Positions 24,726 through 35,946 of a stretch of DNA of 64,000 nucleotides are shown piece after piece. A program made the translations under genes and the position numbers. The stretch comes from Octopus bimaculoides (Eukaryota): contig NC_068983.1 in NCBI RefSeq assembly GCF_001194135.2, positions 7,574,575 through 7,638,574 on the forward strand, written 5' to 3'. Within the stretch, counting starts at the first letter, position 1, and each line of letters opens with the position of its first letter. The notes below the pieces were generated by a model that did no database searches, was not told the origin of the DNA, and saw only the letters and a program-made list of their open reading frames with translations.

Positions 24726-25199
24726 GTAAGTGTTTAAATCTAATCCTCACATTGGTTTTTAAAGGATAAGCATCCACTTGAATTATTACATACAAAGTTT
24801 TAATATTCCTGAAACAAAATAAGTTTGTGTTGGTGTGTGTCATGGAAAGATATCAGGAGTATATCAGTCTGTCAAAAAACTAAGATGAAAGTGTCATTTT
24901 TTATTTGCTCTCTCTCTCTCTCTCTCTCCCTCGTCTGGAGACCAATGATTGCCAACAGTGCTCATGACTTTTTCCAGGGCCACTATGACTAGAGAGAAGA
25001 AATTATCCTTAGATTGGAGACAGCCTGAATACTTGCAACATTATCCAAGGACCAATTGGAAGGCATTTGTTTTTTAGTGGTATGAACTTTGAGGTTAAAG
25101 GTAAAATGTAAAGAATTGTGAAAACGAGACTTATGCTGGGGATGGTACAAAGCTTGCTAGTACAAAGAAACAGACTATGTAGTAGTAACAGCACATCTG

Positions 25200-25510
25200 T
25201 GTGTTATTGGTTGTAGAATGCAAGTGAATGAAGGTTTGACAATGAGATAAATAATTTTTTATAGTACAGTGGAAGGTACAGAGAGGACACAACAGATTTG
25301 TATGCTTGGAACTGATGATCTGTTGATGAGTTAGAAATCTCCCTCTCTTCTCTTCATGCTTTGCCTTCAGGTGTTGGCAATCATTGGTCTCCAAAACGAA
25401 ATCTGAAGATTCAAGATTTTTCATGAGAAAAGATATAACAGTGGTTTTCCATTGCCTTTTGCCATTACATTTATGATTTATTCTACTGATCAATAGCACT
25501 CCCAAGCTTA
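25200..25510 (-). mobile_element. Degenerate RTE LINE C-terminal fragment with a zinc-finger-like end
   Basis: ...LETNDCQHLKAKHEEKR...NLLCPLCTFHCTIKNYLSHC resembles the RTE ORF C-terminal CxxC...H region; by-eye similarity only. Confidence 0.55.
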
Positions 25511-25849
25511 TCCTTGAATTACAGGGTTTGTATTTTTGGCCCTGAAACTAGGAGACTAAATTCATGTGATATCAGAGTATGTCCACATATCAATAGGCCT
25601 GTTTGACACTTGTCTGGGGCCAGCACTGCTCCAAGTTTTGTATATCTTAACCACAGCTCTTTTAGAAGCTGTAGAAACTCTGCCAAATTAGATTGGAGCC
25701 TGGTGTTGCCATCCGGTTTCACCAGTCCTCAATCAAATCGTCCAACCCATGCTAGCATGGAAAGCGGATGTTAAACGATGATGATGATGAGACTCACCTG
25801 GGACGTTTGTCACTAATGTTTTTTTTTTTTTTTTGTTTCTACTGTGTAG

Positions 25850-25928
25850 TCGTCCTCGACAAATTGATGATGTTGCTTACCAAGATGAAGTTGTGAATGT
25901 TCTAAAGAAATCTCTTCAGGGTTCTGAT
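25850..25928 (+). CDS. RFC4: RFC4 coding exon 2
   Basis: tgtag acceptor; RPRQIDDVAYQDEVVNVLKKSLQGSD; donor gtaagt; 79 nt. Confidence 0.96.
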
Positions 25929-26909
25929 GTAAGTGTTCTAGTTTATTCTTTTACTCATTAATATTTTTGCTCTTTCACTGGTTTCAGTCCTTTGTCAGTG
26001 GCCATCCTGGGGTACTCTTTTCAAGGATTTTGATCACTGATTGGTTTCAAATCCTGGCACAAGACCAGTAATTTCAGGGGTTAAGTCTATTACATCAACT
26101 TCAGTGTTCAGCTGGTTCTTATTCTATCGACCCCAGATGGATGGAAGGAAAAGTCAGCCTTAGTGGAATTTAAACTTAGAACACGAAGAAGGACAAAATG
26201 CCACCAAACATTTTGTCCAGCATTTAACAGTTCTGCTAGCTTACAGCCTTCTTTTGGTCAGTCATATTTACATCAATTACTTTGTATAGTAGTTTGTTTA
26301 TCTGTCTTTATTTGAAAAAATGGTTTAGTTCTCCTTTGGTGTATCATCATTTAAATTGCAGATTACTGATACATGCCATTTATGTATCGTACTTAATGTT
26401 TCATACACCATTGATAGGCATGATGTGTTTGTGTCTATTTACTTATTGTTGAATTGTACGTGTAGCTTTCATTAACCACACAAACAAACCATCTTCTGAT
26501 GTCACATCCTCTTTGATGTCTATGCAAAACCATTCATATATATATATATATAGTGGGGAGATGGCCTAATACCAGGTCTTGAAGACTAAAATATGATACA
26601 GGGACAAGCAGAGGTGTCTTGCTACAGAGATAATATACGTACACATTTTCATTATCCTTTAATGTTTGTTTTCCATGGGTTGGATTAACAGGAGCTGACA
26701 GAGCTGAGAGCTACACCAGGTTCCTATTGTCTCATTTGGTATAGTTTCTATGGCTGGATGCCCTTCCTAATGCCGACTACTTTACAGAGTGTACTGGGTG
26801 CTTCTTATGTGGCCCCCAGCATCAGCAGGTTTGCCCTGTAATTTTCATATATATATATATTCTAATGTATACTTTTCACTAACTCTCAGTCTGCTGTCTC
26901 ATTTGACAG

Positions 26910-26989
26910 TTGCCAAATCTGTTGTTCTATGGACCACCTGGTACTGGTAAAACATCCACAATTCTGGCAGCAGCAAGAGAATTGTTTGG
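26910..26989 (+). CDS. RFC4: RFC4 coding exon 3 (Walker A)
   Basis: [26 protein letters not shown](G); gacag/gtatgt; 80 nt. Confidence 0.97.
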
Positions 26990-28195
26990 GTATGTATGTG
27001 AACAACTTTATTATCTACTAATTGCATAGATAATCTCATTTAATTGAAAATAGATTCTCAGTTCAGTATATTACATGTTTGGGACCCTACCATATTTTCA
27101 TTCTAGCATTTAGAATGCTCCCCAGAGTAGTTTCTGTCAGACATGTTGAATTCCATAACCAGTCTCATTATATTCCCTCTATTTCTGTATATATTGATTA
27201 TTTCTAAGTTTTGCCAATTAAGTTAGAGTCAGCACAGGTGTGGCTATGTGCTTAAGAAGTTTGCTTCTCAGCCACATGGTTCCAAGTTCAGTCTCACTGT
27301 GTGGCACCTTCGACTATAGGCCCAGGACGACCAAGTCCTTGAGAGTGAATTTAGTAGACAAAAATCGAAAGAAGCTCCTTAAATATGTGTGTGTGTGTGT
27401 CTCTTGGTATCTGAAGTTGCATGATGATTATAAATAAGTGTCATTATCATACATGTGGTGCCATTCATTTGCAATATCCCATGTGAACATGTCTGGCCAT
27501 AAGAAAATATTGCCTTGTTAAGAAATGGGTATGGGTTGGCACCAGGAATAGCATCAACTGAAAAAAGTCTGCCTCAAAACATCTTCGTCTGACTTATACA
27601 AGCAAAGAAAGCAGACGTTAAAATGATGATAATTTGCTGATGAGGTTTAATAATACTGAAACATGCCTCTTTCAATAGTTGGCTTAAAAGCCTGACAGGA
27701 CTAAATTAGAGTTGACAATGACATGGTTTGACATTTGTAAATACTATAAGGCCTTTTGTTTAGTATTCTCTACAAGTTTTGTTATAAATTACCATTAATT
27801 GTCATCATTGTTGTTTTAACAACTAATTTTTCATGCTTGCATGGGTCAGATGAAAATATGTGTAGGTGGAGTTCTCTTCAGTCGAATGCTCTTCTTGTCA
27901 AACAATAAACAACCTGGATATGCTTTATGCAGAGAACTGGAAACAAATTACTATATAAATGAGTCTTTTGTTTCAAGGATCATGCAACGTGTCAAGTCTA
28001 TGTCTAGCAGCCTGGATATGCCTTTTGTAGTGAATTATAAGTAGATAACAATGTCAGGAAGCTACTATTTATAAATCAGTGAACGTGAGGGAAATACAAA
28101 TGAACATAAATACATGATGGGCTTCTTTCAGTTTTTATCTATCATATCCTATTTAAAAAAAAAAAAATTTTTTATCCTTTCTTTATTTTGTTTAG

Positions 28196-28315
28196 ACATG
28201 ATATGTACCGCAGCCGTGTCTTGGAACTGAACTCTTCAGATGAACGAGGAATTGAAGTCATTCGAAACAAAGTGAAGAAATTTGCTCAGATCAGTGCCTC
28301 CGCTGTTCGACCTGA
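28196..28315 (+). CDS. RFC4: RFC4 coding exon 4
   Basis: HDMYRSRVLELNSSDERGIEVIRNKVKKFAQISASAVRP(D); tttag/gtaagt; 120 nt. Confidence 0.96.
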
Positions 28316-29426
28316 GTAAGTAGACAGATTTAGAATGATGTGCATTCATGCAATTGCATTCGGTTTTTGATATGTAAGTACTGAAACAGGCGTTGTGATG
28401 ATGACGACAATATTGGTGTTGGCAGCATATTGAGGTGGTGCATTTAAGGAATGGTGTGTTGCGTAGTGTTGTGTGATATAGTAGCAGTGTAGTGATGTAA
28501 TGTTGTGTAATGACAACAAGTTGTAATGTGATGTGTTAGTGTAACAGCATAATGTGGTGGTGCAATGTTGCAGTTGTGGTAGTGTTGCAGTATAGCGATG
28601 ATGTGTCATGTGGTTATGTTATGTTGTCGTGATTGCATAATGGAGGGATCTGTGGTGATGTTGTAGTAGTGGGTTGCTGAGGTAGTGTAGCTGTAGTCTG
28701 GCATGGTGGCACTGTACTAGTCTGATGATTTATTGAGTTGGCCAAAAAGTAATTTGTTTTTTAAGGGAAAATAAGACATGTTTTAGACATAATGTGATTT
28801 ATTCAATCTATGAGATAATTGCTTTCAGATTTTGGCTCAAGGCTAGCAATTTTTTGGTGGCAGGGAATCAATTACATCAACCCCCAGTTTTCAGCTGATA
28901 TGTTTTCAATTGACCCTGCTTTTCTTATGGACAGCTATATGTCGCATGCTCTCCAGTTAGCAGTGCAGATGACTTGTATATTTATTCTACCAACACTGGA
29001 CTTACGTAAAAACATAGTTTACCCAGAAGCATTGTCAGCTTCACTTAACATATGTTGAAGTGTGCAGTCTGCCCAGACATTACAGAGATGAATGAAGCAG
29101 CTTTCTTTCCATGTACCTTACTTTCTGCAATACGGATACTCATATATCATCCATTTCATTATATCCGTAAGTTTAGGTCATTTTGGGGATAATGCTAAGA
29201 TTTCATTCTAATCTAAGCAGTCAGCAGTCATTCTACATGTTTTTGGTTCACACGCCTCGTGTGCTGATTCTGCCCATAAGAAAGAAACAAATAATACAAT
29301 GTGACTGTAGGCCATAACACCCGGGCAATGCCAGGATACCTTGCTAGTGTGTGTATGTGTGTGTGTATACACATACACCTATCACAAAGTTTGTTATCTT
29401 GAATCATTTGTTTTATTTTTCTTTAG

Positions 29427-29496
29427 TGGAAAACCCTGTCCTCCTTTTAAGATAATCATCTTAGATGAAGCTGACTCAATGACACTAGCAGCTCAG
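29427..29496 (+). CDS. RFC4: RFC4 coding exon 5 (Walker B)
   Basis: [23 protein letters not shown]; tttag/gtgaga; 70 nt. Confidence 0.97.
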
Positions 29497-30099
29497 GTGA
29501 GATTTTTGACATTTTTAATTTAATACAAACAAAAAAATTTCTTGGGATGTCTTTTTCAAACCTTATGTGGGTTTCATATTTCTTCAAATTTAAATATTTA
29601 CATGAAATATATCTTTTCACTGTTTGATATTTCTCTTATGCCAAACACTTAAATATATTACATATTTTTCATTATCATCATCATCTTCTCATCCACTTTG
29701 TCATGGTTGGTTGGCTCAGATGTAATTCGTTGCAGTAGATTTTCTATGGCCAGATACTTTTCCTGTCACCTATGGTCAGACAAGTTTTCATGGCAGATAG
29801 CAAATGAACAACACCACTTATATGACAGTCAGAATTGTTTACAGTTCATGCACAGCATCAAGACAAGGAGACACAAACAGGCATTGAAGTCAATTTTGTT
29901 TTTCATTCACCTAAGGTTGGTGACAGAAAGTACCAGCCAAGTATTAGAATCAATAGTATCAACTATTTGTATATTTATTCTACCAACACTGGACTTACAC
30001 AAAACATAGTTTACCCAGAGGCATTGTCGGCTTCACTTAACATATGTTGAAGTGTGCAATCTGGCCAAACATTACAGAATTCTACCGTCAGTTGCTGGC

Positions 30100-30545
30100 C
30101 CTGTGGCTGTGTGGTAAGAAGCTTGCTTCCCAACCACATGGTTCTGGGTTCAGTCCCACTGCTTGGCACCTTGGGCAAGTGTCTTCTACTATAGTCTCAG
30201 GCCAACCAAAGCCTTGTGAGTGGATTTGGTAGACGGAAACTGAAAGAAGCCCATCATACATACATATATATATAGTTGGAATTTACAGAAAAACAAAAGA
30301 TGAAGACAGGTACATATATATATGTATGTATGTATTTGTGTGTCTGTGTTCCCCCCCCCACCACCACCACCATCGCTTGACAACCAATGTTGGTGTGTTT
30401 ACGTTCCCATAACTTAGTGGTTCGGCAAAAGAGACCAATAGATTAAGTACTAGGTTTACAAAGAATAAGTCCTGGGGTCAATTTGTTCGACTAAAGGTGG
30501 TGCTCCAGCATGGCTGCAGTCAAATGATTGAAACACATAAAAGAA
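30100..30545 (+). mobile_element. SINE family A
   Basis: Family consensus; ~39-bp foreign insert inside the internal microsatellite (~30275-30313). Confidence 0.88.
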
Positions 30546-31408
30546 TATAAACTCATAGACACAAGTAATTCCTGTGTGATTAAGAAGTTTGATTCCTAAC
30601 CACAAGGTTGTGGGCCGAGTCCTACTGCATGCCTTGAGCAAGTGTATTCTGTTATAGTCCCAGCCTGACTAACGGCTTTGAATGGATTTGGTTGACAGAA
30701 AATGAAAAAAGTCCATCATATATGTGTGTGTTTGTGCCTTCTGGTCTTGACATCACAAGATGGTTGTAAATGTGTATCATTGTCATTCAGTCAGTGTTGT
30801 TCCTTTCCAGTCTTCCATGGGAACTGTCCAGCCTTAGGAAAATATTACCTTGCTTGGAAATAGCTGAGGGTCGGTGACAGGAAGGACGTTTGGTCACAGA
30901 AAATCTGCCTCAGTGAATTCCATCTAACCCATGCCAGCTTGGATCATCATCATCATCATCATCCTTTAACGTCCACTTTCCATGCTGGTATGGGTTGGAT
31001 GGTTTGACTGAGGACTGGCAAACCAGTAGGGTGTACCAGGCTCCAATCTTATCTGGCAAGGTTTCTACAGCTGGATGCCCTTCCTAACGCCAACCACTCC
31101 GAGAATGTAGTGGGTGCTTTTACGTGTCACCGGTACGGGTACCAGTCAAGGGGCACTAGCATCAACCATGTTTGGATAGTGCTTTCTCTGTGCCACTGGC
31201 ACAGGAGCCAGTCAGTGGGTACTGGCTTCGACCACATTTGGATGGTGCTTTTTATGTGCCACCAGCACGGGAACCAGTCAGGGGACACTGGCTTCAACCA
31301 CGTTCACATGGTGCTTTTTATGTGCTAATGATGATTAAGATGAGCATAGTGTTATTATCAGCAACTCCTTTATTAATCTGTTTAATTTATATTTGTTTGT
31401 GTTCCTAG

Positions 31409-31729
31409 ACGGCATTGCGACGAACCATGGAGAAAGAATCAAAAACCACCCGGTTTTGTTTGATCTGTAACTACGTGAGCAGAATTATTGATCCGATCAC
31501 TTCCCGGTGTGCCAAGTTCCGCTTCAAACCTCTCACTTTAGAAATATTGTTGAAACGATTACAAGACATATGTAGTAAAGAACAAGTGGTCTGCAAAGAA
31601 GATGCTTTGCAAGCATTAATACAGGTATCTGAGGGAGACTTAAGACGTGCTATTACACTTCTTCAGAGTGTGTCTCGATTAAAGGGAGAGGAACAGATAA
31701 CCAAGCAAGACATTCTGGAAGTGGCTGGA
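31409..31729 (+). CDS. RFC4: RFC4 coding exon 6 (SRC arginine finger)
   Basis: [42 protein letters not shown]...[14 protein letters not shown]...EVAG; cctag/gtaagt; 321 nt. Confidence 0.97.
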
Positions 31730-31812
31730 GTAAGTTATCCTTTCCATTTCTTCATCTTTTTATCTCTTTCAAATCTTGCCGTATTGTTGCTGTTGTTTTA
31801 GTATATATTTAA

Positions 31813-32033
31813 TCCTTTATCATTCAAATTGCTCTGCCAAATGTAATGCTTATTTCTTCCCATTGTTTTGAATTGATTGTGTATTATCTCATAGCTTCAA
31901 AATTTTGATCATACAGTTGTATATTTTTAGAATGACATTGTAGGGTAGACGTGAGAGGCCAGATCTGGCTAGTTTGAAAATAAAGCAGGTTGAATATTTG
32001 GACTGGACGTGGCCAATTTAAATGTTAAAAGGC
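31813..32033. mobile_element. piggyBac-type MITE (degenerate)
   Basis: TTAA|tcctttatcattcaaa ... tttaaatgttaaaaggc|TAA; imperfect TIRs and TTAA-like target. Confidence 0.55.
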
Positions 32034-32740
32034 TAATGAGTCAACAAGGAAGCCTCTACTTAATCATTTGTCACATCATAATGTGTCTTTCTGACAAGAA
32101 AACTTAGCTGCTGTTTCTAACCTATCAATTGAACACAATAAGCTCTCACATTTGTGAATATATGTTTATATGTTGGCTATATTTGTAACAGACAACGAAT
32201 TTCAAAGGGAATTTGTTTCTTGTTTATAATTTTGTCTTCTATATTAACATAAAATTGCAGTGAAATATCTTGTTCAAAACTTTGTTGTACATAAACAAAG
32301 TGGTAAATGAGAAGCGTAGGTGAATTTTTTTCGCTATAAGTAATGTTTGCATGACTTTGTTCTTTTTCATTTGTTTTGTAAATTTCAAAATGGTTGCATA
32401 TCAACAAGTATTTAATTGGAAAATAATATATTTATCTTACAAACAGCAGATATTGCTGTTTTACTGACTAAAGGCTTCTGTAAAATAGTTTAGTCGTCTC
32501 AAAAATAAGTAGTTTCAGGTGGTGTTGTATTTGAGAGTGAAATGTTCAAAACCAAAATACCTTTTGGCATATAAGTTATGTCCCTTATGTTCTGTGTTCA
32601 AATTCCCATCAGGCCAGTTCTTCCTAACTTCCTTCCAGGTTTGATAAAATAAAGGATCTGTTAAGTATTGTGGTTGATTTAATTGCTTCTCTCTACATGA
32701 GTTTCTAGCTTTGTGCCTTGCGCCTATGGTAGAAAGGATT

Positions 32741-33103
32741 ATTACCTCTGCTGTAGCAAAGGCGGAGGTATTATTTTCAGTTGTGTTTGTTTGTCCATAG
32801 ACAAGATGTCTCAAAAACTGCTTGATAGATTTGGATGAAACTTTCAGGGATGTTTGGCCTTGTGACTAGCATGAACATATTAGATTTTGGGATTGATCCG
32901 GTACCGGACAAGGATTCTGGATTATTTTTCTGTTTTTTTTTACTTAATTTTTGAGAGCAGTCAGTTCATTTTTAGTATTCTTATTTGTGAAAGCAGTCGA
33001 GTTTATCTCAGATATTCTCATTTTAAAAATCATCTCCAGCTAATCATTGAGAGGACATTGGTGTTGCCTTGGCGGAGGTTTGCGCTCTCTGAGTGCTCTT
33101 GTT
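32741..33103 (+). mobile_element. Helentron-associated non-autonomous element (HINE/DINE-1-like)
   Basis: 5' attacctctgc...aaaggcggaggt short inverted repeat; 3' ccttggcggaggt subterminal repeat plus gcgctc-tct-gagtgc hairpin; flanked by TT. Confidence 0.75.
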
Positions 33104-33312
33104 ATTATTATGATAAGGTGGTGCATTGGTCAGAATGCTTTGTGGAATTTCTTGTGGCTCAAATACTGCCATGTCAACTCTTCATGGTCAGTAAAATAAC
33201 TATCATTTGAGCAATACTGTTGCCATAATCGACTTATCCTCTTACCCCAAAATTGCTAGGCTTGTGCCAAAATTTGAATCCGTTTTTATTATGTTCTTCA
33301 TTTTTTTTTCAG

Positions 33313-33393
33313 ATTGTTCCAGAAGATGTTATCCGCAACATACTTGATGTCTGCCACTCAGATTCATATGATAAACTTAACTTAGCATTAAAG
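33313..33393 (+). CDS. RFC4: RFC4 coding exon 7
   Basis: IVPEDVIRNILDVCHSDSYDKLNLALK; ttcag/gtatgc; 81 nt. Confidence 0.93.
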
Positions 33394-33502
33394 GTATGCA
33401 ATACACACACACACACGCATGCACGCTCACACACACACAATAAACTTACTTGGAAATGGATGTGTGGAATTCAATCAAATGATAACAAAATATATATACA
33501 CG

Positions 33503-33535
<33 letters not shown>

Positions 33536-34338
33536 GCATAAATGGGTACAGGACATTACCAACANNNNNNNNNNNNNNNNNNNNNNNNNNNNNNNNNNNN
33601 NNNNNNNNNNNNNNNNNNNNNNNNNNNNNNNNNNNNNNNNNNNNNNNNNNNNNNNNNNNNNNNNNNNNNNNNNNNNNNNNNNNNNNNNNNNNNNNNNNNN
33701 NNNNNNNNNNNNNNNNNNNNNNNNNNNNNNNNNNNNNNNNNNNNNNNNNNNNNNNNNNNNNNNNNNNNNNNNNNNNNNNNNNNNNNNNNNNNNNNNNNNN
33801 NNNNNNNNNNNNNNNNNNNNNNNNNNNNNNNNNNNNNNNNNNNNNNNNNNNNNNNNNNNNNNNNNNNNNNNNNNNNNNNNNNNNNNNNNNNNNNNNNNNN
33901 NNNNNNNNNNNNNNNNNNNNNNNNNNNNNNNNNNNNNNNNNNNNNNNNNNNNNNNNNNNNNNNNNNNNNNNNNNNNNNNNNNNNNNNNNNNNNNNNNNNN
34001 NNNNNNNNNNNNNNNNNNNNNNNNNNNNNNNNNNNNNNNNNNNNNNNNNNNNNNNNNNNNNNNNNNNNNNNNNNNNNNNNNNNNNNNNNNNNNNNNNNNN
34101 NNNNNNNNNNNNNNNNNNNNATTTATGGGAGCAATTGTCTTCGAAGACTTATATTGTCGTTGAATGCTCAAAATGAGTAGATAGACAGCTGACAGCTCTG
34201 GGGTCGATTTGCTCGACTAAAGGTGGTGCTCCAGCATGGCCACAGTCAAATGACTGAAACAAGTAAAAGAGTAGAAAGAATTATTAAAGTGGTGAACTGG
34301 CAGAATCATTAGTATTTCAGACAAAATACTTATCTGTA

Positions 34339-34783
34339 CAGGTCATCGTTGACTTACGACCACAATTGGTTCCGACTGACTGGTCGTAAGTCAGCCTATA
34401 GTCCTACATAGCTTTGTTTTATATTTTTACATTCTTAAGGTACATTCTCAGGTAAAAGTCACACACAGCATTCTGTATTATACTAATATACTGGCGTTAG
34501 TCAAAAATTTCAGAGTCTCAGGCAGTCATCTTATTAACAAATATGAGGCTGCCTCAATGTCTCCCAACAGGATATTCATCCAACACTCGGAATAACCACA
34601 GTGGTGATTGATAACTAAACCTAGGGGAAGCGTTTGTTAGCTGACATCATCCGTAGACGGATAAATTTCTAAGAAATTAAAACCCATTAGATTTCAACTG
34701 GACTGTTTAGTATTTCTGGCACACCAATCGTCATAAAGTCAATTGGTCATAAGTTGGATTAGTTATAAGTCAATGACGACCTG
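34339..34783. mobile_element. pogo/Tigger-type MITE, 445 bp, TA TSD, inserted in a family C SINE
   Basis: TA|caggtcatcgttgacttacgac ... ttataagtcaatgacgacctg|TA; SINE sequence resumes on both sides. Confidence 0.9.
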
Positions 34784-35102
34784 TATTTCTTCTGGCTCTT
34801 TACATTCTGTGTTCAAATATCACCACGAACAACTTTGACTTTTATCCTTTCATGGTCAGTGAAATATAGAACTACTCAAGTACTTGAGTCAGTGTAATCC
34901 ACTTAGTCCCTCTCCTCAGAATTGCTAGCCTTGTGCTTAAATTAGAAATAATTCTCATCTTCTTTTATGCTACCAATTGTTCATTTTGTTACTTCTCAAA
35001 TTTATGTTTATCCTCATCTACATGCAACCTCCTCCTCATCATCATCATTACCTTCATCATGAACCAAGCAAGCAATATAACACTCACTGTATATTTACGC
35101 AG

Positions 35103-35219
35103 GAGATTATCTGTAATGGCCATTCAGGCTTGCAAATTGTCTGCCAACTGCATGACCTCATCATGGTATCTGAAGAACTCGGTGACAAGCAGAAATGTGT
35201 CATTGGAGAAAAAATGGCG
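35103..35219 (+). CDS. RFC4: RFC4 coding exon 8
   Basis: EIICNGHSGLQIVCQLHDLIMVSEELGDKQKCVIGEKMA; cgcag/gtaagt; 117 nt. Confidence 0.94.
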
Positions 35220-35483
35220 GTAAGTGACACTATTTATTAGTATCTTGTTTGTTTCATTTGTAAGTAGATAGATATACCCAAATACACACACACATGCGGT
35301 GAAGGTCAACTTGTGACCAAATAAGACCACCTCTTAAACTCATTTCATTCTAAGAAACACTTTGTTCTTTGTTGGTTTCCTTATCACACATGATGTCTCA
35401 TATGGCTCTTAAAGCTTGCAAGGGATTTGCAAATCATTCTACATTGATTACAAGTTTTCCAGCAGCAGCCTGTCTATCTAGAT

Positions 35484-35946
35484 CAGTGGTTCGCAACTGA
35501 GGTCCACAAGGCCCTTGACGGTCCATATAAGATTTTGTTGTTAAAATTTATCTGCAATAAACTGGTTGCATTTCTTCAGTGCACAAAATACTTAAACACT
35601 TTTTTTATACAATTTCTAATAATATTTAATCACAAAAACACGAGAGGAATTTTTAGACATGTAATGGCTATGAGGACCTCCCCACTCTCCACTTAGTAAA
35701 AAAGAAAACAAAGGGGCCCCTTATATCTGTTAGGAGATTCAAGTACTTTCATACACATGTACACATACAACAGGAACCCCCACCTCCCAAATTCAATCAC
35801 AAGGCTTCAGTCAGCCTGAGGCTATAGTAGAAGACACTTGCCCAAGGTGCCACACAGTGGGACTGAACCCAAAACCATGTAGTTGAGAAGCAATCTTCCT
35901 AGCCATACATCCATGCCTGTACCTAAATAATGGTTGAGAACCACTA
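35484..35946. mobile_element. hAT (Charlie-like) MITE with a perfect 8-bp TSD and a nested family A SINE
   Basis: ATCTAGAT|cagtggttcgcaac ... ggttgagaaccacta|ATCTAGAT. Related partial copies start at 17963 and 19216; a hAT-like end lies at ~1741-1803. Confidence 0.9.

Noticed and set aside
27637-27662. CTGATGAG...GAAAC hammerhead-like core (a similar partial core is on the minus strand near 48040)
   Set aside because: Stems I and III cannot be formed and there is no NUH site in register
33253-34180. Long ORFs spanning N runs (also 37260-37532, 39078-39743, 49795-50374, 54071-55174, 55845-56217)
   Set aside because: Open only because N codons contain no stops
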